Below are positions 45,773-52,237 of a stretch of DNA of 52,237 nt, piece after piece. A program made the translations under genes and the position numbers. Every line of letters starts with the position of its first letter. Position 1 is the first letter of the stretch. The DNA comes from a virus (lineage: Duplodnaviria; Caudoviricetes): IMG/VR virus record IMGVR_UViG_3300025087_000090, positions 1 to 52,237 of that record; one strand, given 5' to 3'. The notes under the pieces were generated by a model, which was given only the letters and a program-made list of their open reading frames with translations, searched no databases and was not told the origin of the DNA.

Positions 45773-45988
45773 ATGGAAAGAAACACTACTACATCAGCTC
45801 ATATCCATGCCGAGGGCGACTCTCACTTTTGTTGTTTTCAATCAAGTGACAGAGCTACTATACACCTTGGAGAAGGCTACAGTGCAGCACTTACTATGAA
45901 CATAAGAGACTTTTTGCAACTTGCTTCACTTTGTGAACGCACAGCAAAACTAATTGCAAATAGACCAACAGAAGAGGAGGCCCTATAA
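45773..45988 (+). CDS. Hypothetical protein
   Basis: SD GGAGGT. Confidence 0.55.
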   Translation: MERNTTTSAHIHAEGDSHFCCFQSSDRATIHLGEGYSAALTMNIRDFLQLASLCERTAKLIANRPTEEEAL

Positions 45989-46206
45989 TGAAAATAACTG
46001 TTTACTCTCCAGAGCGTGTTGAAAGCTCACGCACTCACGAACGTATTATAGACATTAACGTGTATGGCATGGTAGACGTTAACGTGCATGGTATAGGTCA
46101 TGTAAGAATTTGCCTCTTCGAAGAACTGGCCATAGAACTCATCCACAAGATGCTTACTGCATTATCAACTCCATTTAAAGAAGAGGAGGCCACAACCGTG
46201 AAATGA
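45988..46206 (+). CDS. Hypothetical protein
   Basis: TAATG coupling; SD GAGGAGG. Confidence 0.55.
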   Translation: MKITVYSPERVESSRTHERIIDINVYGMVDVNVHGIGHVRICLFEELAIELIHKMLTALSTPFKEEEATTVK

Positions 46207-46542
46207 TCAATCGAGAATCTCTACTCGAAGAGCTTCAAAAGCTCCGGCAAAGTCGTGAAAGACCATTCACACCTAAACAAACCAAACTTAAACAGTCCAA
46301 AAAGGACAAGCTGTTGGAAGAAGCTGCGGCTCTTTTGGACAGCGTGGAGGAGGAGACTTAAAAGTGGACGTACGAGGAGCCATACTTAAACTCATCGAGA
46401 ACATTACATATCTCGAAAGTTTAGGAGCGTCAGGAAAAGTTGTCAAAGAAGAGGCTAAGACAGCTAAAGATGGATTAAATAAGTTATTACAAACGCTCTC
46501 AGAAGAAGAGTTAAACAAAGAGTTAAAGGAGATCAACTAAAG

Positions 46543-47019
46543 ATGGCAATTTTGGAAGGTCTTGGACCGAAAAGAAAGGTGTTTGAGGACTTGGAACCTG
46601 GAGACTATCTCTTCGAGATTGCAGAGCCTGGGGAGAAGGGGTGGACAAATACATACGCCGATGAGGAGGTCCCTGAGGCCACCATCTCCTATATCAATTG
46701 GAGGCTGAGAGTCCTCCGCCCTGACCAATTCGAGGGTAAACCCTTTTTCCATTCCACCATGTATGACGCCTCTCCAGAGAAAATCGCCATGGCCAAGAAG
46801 CCCTATGACCCTGCTGGGTTTACCTACCAATTCTTTGCAGGGATTGGAGTTGGGTTGATGGAGAATGGGGAGGTTACCATCCTCGATGACTACCTCACCG
46901 ATGGTGAGGTTGACCTTGACAAGATGATTGGGGTTACTTTTTGGGGCTCCATTCGGAAGGGAATTAATAAGAAGCAACCCGATCGAGTGGGGTTGGATAA
47001 GGTTTGGATGGATAATTAG
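46543..47019 (+). CDS. DUF669-type single-stranded DNA-binding protein
   Basis: FEDLEPGDYLFEI, DLDKMIG; near the Sak4-like ATPase; SD AAGGAG. Confidence 0.65.
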   Translation: MAILEGLGPKRKVFEDLEPGDYLFEIAEPGEKGWTNTYADEEVPEATISYINWRLRVLRPDQFEGKPFFHSTMYDASPEKIAMAKKPYDPAGFTYQFFAGIGVGLMENGEVTILDDYLTDGEVDLDKMIGVTFWGSIRKGINKKQPDRVGLDKVWMDN

Positions 47020-47026
47020 AGATTTA

Positions 47027-47121
47027 GCTGCGGCGGCGTGGAACGGGAGCACACGCAAATGATGGTGGGTCACCGACCGATAATCTGGTGGTTGTGGGGT
47101 TCGACTCCCCACCTGTAGCCA
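47027..47121 (+). tRNA. Atypical tRNA-like RNA (95 nt; UCA at the apex of an imperfect central arm)
   Basis: Acceptor-like GCTGCGG/CTGTAGC, D-like GCGTG/CACGC, T arm GTGGGG-TTCGACT-CCCCAC, 3' ...GCCA. Confidence 0.6.
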
Positions 47122-47179
47122 AAACGCCCGACGCCCCAGCGGGTAATCTGGGGCACTTACTTTAAAAGGAGGATAGATA

Positions 47180-47389
47180 ATGTTTACTTGTGATCACTGT
47201 GGCGACAGATTTATTACCTTTCGTGATTATAATCACCACGACACGACTGATTGTTTAAGAAGCCAAGTTGATACATTACAAACCAATTTACAAAAGGCAG
47301 AAGGCTTCATTGCCCTTTTTCTCCACGGTGACATAGATGAAGAATCATATAAAGATGCTCTCAATTTTATACAACGCCCCACCGGGTAA
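47180..47389 (+). CDS. C2H2-like zinc-finger microprotein
   Basis: FTCDHCGDRF...YNHH; SD AAGGAGG. Confidence 0.6.
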   Translation: MFTCDHCGDRFITFRDYNHHDTTDCLRSQVDTLQTNLQKAEGFIALFLHGDIDEESYKDALNFIQRPTG

Positions 47390-47418
47390 TCCGGAGCACT
47401 TTTAAAAGGAGTCGCTAT

Positions 47419-47604
47419 ATGATGACTACAAATCAATCGGTGATCATCAGAACCAAAACCTTTGACGATGGAACTACTTGCGGAAAAACCGTGCACCAAA
47501 CAGCAGATGGTAGGTGGTGGACAGAATCCCCTTATCTAAATCCTGATACTCTCGGTACTGGCGAATCAATGGCCTACAAAATAGGCAATATTGTCAGGTG
47601 GTAA
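47419..47604 (+). CDS. Hypothetical protein
   Basis: SD AAGGAG; flanked by repeat elements. Confidence 0.55.
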   Translation: MMTTNQSVIIRTKTFDDGTTCGKTVHQTADGRWWTESPYLNPDTLGTGESMAYKIGNIVRW

Positions 47605-47638
47605 TCCGGGACACTTCGCTACTGCGAGAAGACAAAAG

Positions 47639-47818
47639 ATGAAAAGATTTTTTGAGTGGCTATGGTTTCGAAAATATCCTGCATATAAGAGAAAATACCT
47701 GTCTTTGAAAATTGTCAAGATACTCAACTGGCGCACCTTCTTAGTTGATAACCATGATGGAGCGGGAAGAATGACCGTTCAAAAATTAATGCCTTGGGAA
47801 AGACAGTTTTGGGTGTAG
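47639..47818 (+). CDS. Hypothetical protein
   Basis: Between the two ACTTCGCTACTGCGAGA repeats. Confidence 0.45.
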   Translation: MKRFFEWLWFRKYPAYKRKYLSLKIVKILNWRTFLVDNHDGAGRMTVQKLMPWERQFWV

Positions 47819-48476
47819 AGACTTCGCTACTGCGAGAGGAGGGGGTGATCAACCTGAAACGGGTTCCTCAATGTGAAAAGTGTTTACTTCCTCATTATCC
47901 AGAGCAACCTTGTCAGTAACCTCCGCCACCCCTGCGGCGGCGTTATAAATAGCAGGGGGAGGAAATAATATTATGTGGTCAATATCCTTATCATACACCT
48001 GCTGGAGTTGGGTTGAAAAAAGCCTTCAATACGACTTTGCTTGGTTCATGCTTCAATACGACGACGTGTGGTCATATTTTGATGATTCTGCTTATGGAGA
48101 CATTTTAGGTGTTTGAAACCATCCTCATCCTAATCGCCGTCCGCCTGCTCCTGGACCTGATCAGTGTCCTGTGTGGGGCGTTCCGGGCCAGCGAGCCGCC
48201 GGACGTGCGGTTGGTGAAGTGGATGGTTAGAGAATTTGGGAGGCGAGATGATAGAAGTTAAGAGACCGTTGCTTTTAAACATATTCTGTCCTTATTGTGG
48301 GCATGAAATCATTCGCCCTAATATTATCAAGAGAGCGATTATTTTAAGCCGCATAAGGAATTTATCTACCAGTTTTCTCAACTCGGTTATATTATGCTGC
48401 AAAACTTGTGCGGATTTAAGATGAATTTATTAATCAACCTCCAGGTCAAGCGGCCTGAAGCGTGGGAGGGGAAGTG

Positions 48477-48800
48477 ATGGTAGATTATAGCTTACCAGAT
48501 GGTGAATGTCCATTTAATGAATGTCTTGTGAGTGGATTGGAAACCCAGATTGCCGCCCTCAAGGAACTGATGGGGGAGATGATAAATATCGTTAAAGACC
48601 CGATGCTCAACTTTGAAAAAGCCTATGTAAATGAAGGCAGCGAAATTGACGAAGTTTTTCCTGTTTGTGATTATTGCAAAGGGATCGGCGTAGATCAAGG
48701 CGGTCCTAAAACCATAATACACATGGGTAGTTGTATCGTTGGGAGGATTAATAAAATCCTCAACCGCCCCGAAGTCAAGGCAATTGTGGAGGAGAAGTGA
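48477..48800 (+). CDS. Hypothetical accessory protein
   Basis: SD GGGAGG; CDYC...H...C; ends AIVEEK. Confidence 0.55.
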   Translation: MVDYSLPDGECPFNECLVSGLETQIAALKELMGEMINIVKDPMLNFEKAYVNEGSEIDEVFPVCDYCKGIGVDQGGPKTIIHMGSCIVGRINKILNRPEVKAIVEEK

Positions 48801-49240
48801 TAGAAAATTTAGGAGATGATGAACTCATGACCGAGAACCGATGCAAATACAGCCTGACATGCCTAAGAGACGACCCATGTATTTATTGTGAGCGGGATAA
48901 GTTGCTTGTGTTGCTGCGAGAGGCGTTGGAGATTATAGAAGCAACAGCCAACGCTAAAACCTTGATTCCAGAAGAGTATAATCAAATTTATGTATTCATG
49001 CTGAAAGAGTGGAAGGCAAAAGCCCAAGCCCTCCTCCCCAAACTGGAGGCGGTCAGAGAGGAGCAGAAAAATGAATTGCATGATTATGTTTTGATACGGA
49101 AAGTTATTGCTAAGGATGCTCTTAGTGCCTTCATAAAAATAAAAGAAATTTCGATAAAAATGCCCATACAATACCCAGAGTTAATAAAAAAGTTAGATAT
49201 TGAAATTGCAGAGCTTAAAGGTGCATTAAAGGAGAAATGA
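48797..49240 (+). CDS. Hypothetical accessory protein
   Basis: GTGA coupling. Confidence 0.5.
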   Translation: MIENLGDDELMTENRCKYSLTCLRDDPCIYCERDKLLVLLREALEIIEATANAKTLIPEEYNQIYVFMLKEWKAKAQALLPKLEAVREEQKNELHDYVLIRKVIAKDALSAFIKIKEISIKMPIQYPELIKKLDIEIAELKGALKEK

Positions 49241-49397
49241 TGCACATCACCCTTGAATATCACCCGGACTGTAAATGTAAGCCGTTTAAACCTATAGTCT
49301 TATATACGCAGGTAGTAATTTGTGCAAACTGTGGGACAAGGTATTTACCTCAAATCGCCTATCACAATGTTAACTGTGCGGTTGAGGAGCAAAGGTC

Positions 49398-49628
49398 ATG
49401 ACCCCGGAAGAATACATGAAACGGCCCTATCATTTCATCTTGGTTTGGGATGAAGAAAGCCATACTTGGAGCGGGAAGATCAAAGAGTTTCCAGGGTGTT
49501 TTGCTCAGGGTGATGGTTGGAGTATAGTTTTCAAACTACGCCATGCCGCCCTGGACTGGATCGCCGCCGCTTTGGACCTGGGGCAGGAGATACCGGAACC
49601 TCTGGAGAGTGTTTGGAGAGAGCCATGA
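49398..49628 (+). CDS. hicB: HicB-family antitoxin (toxin-binding domain only, orphan)
   Basis: YMKRPY...EFPGCFAQGD...ALDWIAAALDLGQEIPEP. Confidence 0.8.
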   Translation: MTPEEYMKRPYHFILVWDEESHTWSGKIKEFPGCFAQGDGWSIVFKLRHAALDWIAAALDLGQEIPEPLESVWREP

Positions 49629-49786
49629 TACACCGTTTAATGCATTTTATAGGATGGAATACAGGGACCATAGAAACCTGGTGGGAAAATAGAAGGCTTT
49701 ATGTGGGATTTAAATGTGCAACATGCGGTAAAGTCTCAGGCGTAGAAGATATTACGGATAATATGAGAAGGAGCTTTAAGCAATGA
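49625..49786 (+). CDS. Small zinc-ribbon protein
   Basis: VGFKCATCGK; ATGA coupling. Confidence 0.55.
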   Translation: MIHRLMHFIGWNTGTIETWWENRRLYVGFKCATCGKVSGVEDITDNMRRSFKQ

Positions 49787-50250
49787 CTCCAACACCGGAA
49801 GAGTTGAGAGATTGGAGCGCCGAAAAGGTAATGGGATGGTGGTTAAAAGAATCCATTGATGAATATGGAAATAAAACAGGTGAGTGGTATAGTGGAGATG
49901 AATATACCGGATACGATAAATATTACATTCACTCCGATGGTGAAGATGTTAGTAATGATTTAACTTGGCTGTGGCGCCCCGACACCGACCTGAACCAAGT
50001 CTTCATGGTGGTGGAGAGGATGAGGGAGTTGGGGTGGTATTTATACTGTGAACCTGAACCCAATATGACTTTTCCAAACTATAAAAAAGCAGCTATTATT
50101 TACGAGATCGGCTTTTATCATCCAGAAAACATGAAATTGGAATTAAAGCCATCCAGAGGATTTGTTATGTACGATAGAATAAACGCCCACGCCATCCTCC
50201 TCGCCGCCCATGCGACCGGAGAGGGACAAGGAGAAAAATCATGCAAGTAA
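49783..50250 (+). CDS. Phage ABA-sandwich domain protein
   Basis: AEKVMGW...WRPDTDLNQVFMVVERM...AILLAA. Confidence 0.7.
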   Translation: MTPTPEELRDWSAEKVMGWWLKESIDEYGNKTGEWYSGDEYTGYDKYYIHSDGEDVSNDLTWLWRPDTDLNQVFMVVERMRELGWYLYCEPEPNMTFPNYKKAAIIYEIGFYHPENMKLELKPSRGFVMYDRINAHAILLAAHATGEGQGEKSCK

Positions 50251-50453
50251 TTAAAAATGGAGATCATTTTTATAAATGCCGCGGTTGCTTTGCTACTCAA
50301 ACACCAGGAGTGAATTTCTCTGGCATAGAAATAAACTTTGATGGAATAGTATTTACGCAGTCTTATTTTTTGTGTAAACGCTGCTTAGTTGAGGCAGTAG
50401 GTTATCTGATGACTATGACGGGAGAGGGACGAGAAACTAAGGAGGTAGAGTGA
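50241..50453 (+). CDS. Small Cys-rich protein
   Basis: CRGC...LCKRC. Confidence 0.55.
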   Translation: MQVIKNGDHFYKCRGCFATQTPGVNFSGIEINFDGIVFTQSYFLCKRCLVEAVGYLMTMTGEGRETKEVE

Positions 50454-50707
50454 TGCTTGAAATTGACAAATCCGGCAACTGGTGGCTTGATGGTTCAATA
50501 ATTGAACCATGGGAAATTACCGAAAGATGGACAGTGCTGGTAAATGCAATGGAGTCCATGGGTGACAGACAAGAAGAACTTCATGACCTCATCTGTGAAC
50601 TCTACGCCGTAGCCAACCTGGGCTTCTACGGCACCATGGCGAACGCTGAGAGAAAAACCAGGATCGTTACTAACCCAACGGTGCTGGCGATTGTGGAGGA
50701 GAAGTGA
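50450..50707 (+). CDS. Hypothetical accessory protein
   Basis: SD AAGGAGG; ends AIVEEK. Confidence 0.55.
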   Translation: MMLEIDKSGNWWLDGSIIEPWEITERWTVLVNAMESMGDRQEELHDLICELYAVANLGFYGTMANAERKTRIVTNPTVLAIVEEK

Positions 50708-51060
50708 AAACTACCTATAAATGGAAAGCAGACTCAATCCGCAACCCAAGACAACATAAAATAAAGAGGTTTAATCACATGGATAAGGTCCCACCCAAAG
50801 GCTCTATTGACTATCCGGCTGTTATCAAACAATATAATAAAGCTCTTGCCGACCTCAAAGCTGGGAAGGTTGACACATGGATAAGTGTTTCTGATGATTT
50901 AAAGACCGAACTCGCCGCCCTCAAGAAGCTGATAAAGGAGATGGCCGAAATGTTGGACAACGAACTCGAATACGGCTACCAAATGCCAAGGTGGGAGGCT
51001 TTAAAAAATCACCCTAAAATCAAAACGATTGTGGAGGGAAAAGATGATAACACCACTTAA
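50704..51060 (+). CDS. Hypothetical accessory protein
   Basis: GTGA coupling. Confidence 0.55.
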   Translation: MKTTYKWKADSIRNPRQHKIKRFNHMDKVPPKGSIDYPAVIKQYNKALADLKAGKVDTWISVSDDLKTELAALKKLIKEMAEMLDNELEYGYQMPRWEALKNHPKIKTIVEGKDDNTT

Positions 51061-51241
51061 TTTTGCTGCAATACTAACATGGGAAGAGGCAAGAACCTTA
51101 GTTTTATTTATACAAAAAACTTTAAACGTTCGTAGAGCCTTCATAAAGGAGGATATTAAAAAACTACAAGATCATAATCTCTTGGAGATATACAATTCAT
51201 TAAGTTCCTTTATAAATTTCATGGAAGAAAAAGATGACTGA
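51044..51241 (+). CDS. Hypothetical protein
   Basis: SD GGAGGG. Confidence 0.45.
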   Translation: MITPLNFAAILTWEEARTLVLFIQKTLNVRRAFIKEDIKKLQDHNLLEIYNSLSSFINFMEEKDD

Positions 51242-51509
51242 CGATCTCCTCTATCTCCTCGAAGAAGCTGACAGCATTCTCAAAGAGAAGAACCCATATA
51301 CCCATGAGCTTAAGATGACCATCTTTTGCAACAACTGTCGCACGAGCTTCATTGGTCATATCGAAGGAGCTAAAAAATGGTACAATGCAAAGGAGAAGTT
51401 TAATTACATTACATACTTTTGTCCTCAATGCCCTCCTGATGTGGGAAATAAATGGCTTGAAAGATCCTTTGGGATGGTACTTGAAGAGGTCAAACCTTCA
51501 AAATACTAA
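51234..51509 (+). CDS. Zinc-finger protein
   Basis: CNNC...CPQC. Confidence 0.55.
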   Translation: MTDDLLYLLEEADSILKEKNPYTHELKMTIFCNNCRTSFIGHIEGAKKWYNAKEKFNYITYFCPQCPPDVGNKWLERSFGMVLEEVKPSKY

Positions 51510-51515
51510 ATGAAA

Positions 51516-51536
51516 AGTGTTCATAATATGAACACT
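51516..51536. promoter_or_regulatory. 21-bp palindromic element, copy 6
   Basis: AGTGTTCATAATATGAACACT directly followed by AAGGAGG. Confidence 0.8.
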
Positions 51537-51550
51537 AAGGAGGCAATAAA

Positions 51551-51757
51551 ATGAAAAAAGAGCACCTATCTCAAATTGTCAATTGGATAAACCGCCTTGA
51601 GCTTGCAAGCATGGACGCATTCAATGCTATCAAAGAGTTTCTAATTACTGACAACAAAGAACCTCTCGTATCTTATTTTGGAGCCTTTCAAATACTACAT
51701 GGAAGACCTGATGAGGCAATAAAAGCGATGTATAAAGAGCTCAAAGAGGAACACTAA
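51551..51757 (+). CDS. Hypothetical protein
   Basis: SD AAGGAGG. Confidence 0.6.
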   Translation: MKKEHLSQIVNWINRLELASMDAFNAIKEFLITDNKEPLVSYFGAFQILHGRPDEAIKAMYKELKEEH

Positions 51758-51879
51758 GGAGCTCTACTAATGTCCAAAGCCTTCATCGAGACCCGAGGTC
51801 TTTAAGAAGGTTTCAAATTTGCTCACTGATTATAGGTCAGGAGCTATTAAACAAATAACCTTTGAAGGGAGGAGATGAG

Positions 51880-52062
51880 ATGATAAATGATGAGAAGGTT
51901 TTAAAGTTACAAACTCAGGAAGAATGCTTCACAGAGATGTGTAAAGCCCATCACCACATTTATGGATACATATTGAATACTAATCCAATTCAAAAGGAGT
52001 TGGCCGATATGATCTTAGTATTATCGAGACAGATGTTTCTTATGGTTAAAGGAGGCTCCTAA
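51880..52062 (+). CDS. Hypothetical protein
   Basis: SD GGAGGAG; TAATG-coupled to the exonuclease. Confidence 0.5.
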   Translation: MINDEKVLKLQTQEECFTEMCKAHHHIYGYILNTNPIQKELADMILVLSRQMFLMVKGGS

Positions 52063-52237
52063 TGACAAATCCCATTCTCACATTTGACCACACCCAACGT
52101 AGCTCCTGGCAAGGTTGCAAGCGTGCTTATTTCTTCCGCCACCTCTGTGGCATCCGCAAGGTCACAGCCGACTCTCCAGGCTTTTCCTTTGGCTCGGCTT
52201 TCCATTCCTCCTCCGAAGTACTCGACATGACCGGGGA
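52062..52237 (+). CDS. PD-(D/E)XK (Cas4-like) exonuclease, N-terminal portion (continues at the window start)
   Basis: SD AAGGAGG; MTNPILTFDHTQRSSWQGCKRAYFFRHLCG...FGSAFH...DMTG, in frame with ORF 121-876. Confidence 0.8.
   Translation, partial: MTNPILTFDHTQRSSWQGCKRAYFFRHLCGIRKVTADSPGFSFGSAFHSSSEVLDMTG
52112..52237 (+). repeat. Terminal direct repeat, right copy
   Basis: Identical to 6-131. Confidence 0.95.

Noticed and set aside
876-52237. Alternative genetic code (stop-codon reassignment)
   Set aside because: Long core genes are intact under code 11 and end in TAA, TAG and TGA; only one isolated in-frame stop was found.

Overview
The window looks like a complete, circularly permuted ~52.1 kb genome of a tailed dsDNA phage with podovirus-type architecture. 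Evidence: a 126-bp direct overlap joins the two ends and splits a Cas4-like/PD-(D/E)XK exonuclease gene. The plus-strand arm (~42.4 kb through the junction to 9.2 kb) carries early and replication genes: an AlpA-like HTH protein, Sak4/AAA_24 ATPase, DUF669-type SSB, orphan HicB, ABA-sandwich protein, exonuclease, ParB-DNA methyltransferase fusion, a UDG-fused family A DNA polymerase split into two genes, a DUF3987-type helicase and a stand-alone TSCPD (class II RNR C-terminal) protein. The minus-strand arm (39.8 to 9.3 kb) carries terminase, portal, scaffold, major capsid, tail/spike proteins, a holin-endolysin-spanin lysis cassette, tail tube proteins and ejection proteins. The arms converge on a bidirectional terminator at ~9.25 kb and diverge from an AT-rich control region at ~39.8-42.4 kb. 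No integrase was recognised. Spanins imply a Gram-negative host; sigma-54 promoters and the TSCPD protein hint at Desulfobacterota/deltaproteobacteria (inference). The most unusual signals are: (1) a boxA-led tandem array of five self-folding non-coding RNA units at 44.75-45.40 kb, two of which share a tRNA-like scaffold with an atypical tRNA-like gene at 47.03 kb; (2) a 21-bp palindrome placed directly in front of Shine-Dalgarno sites at six loci on both arms; (3) divergent sigma-54 promoters flanking an IHF site; (4) the DNA polymerase split just before motif A by a small inserted gene. All family assignments come from motif recognition by eye; no database searches were run.
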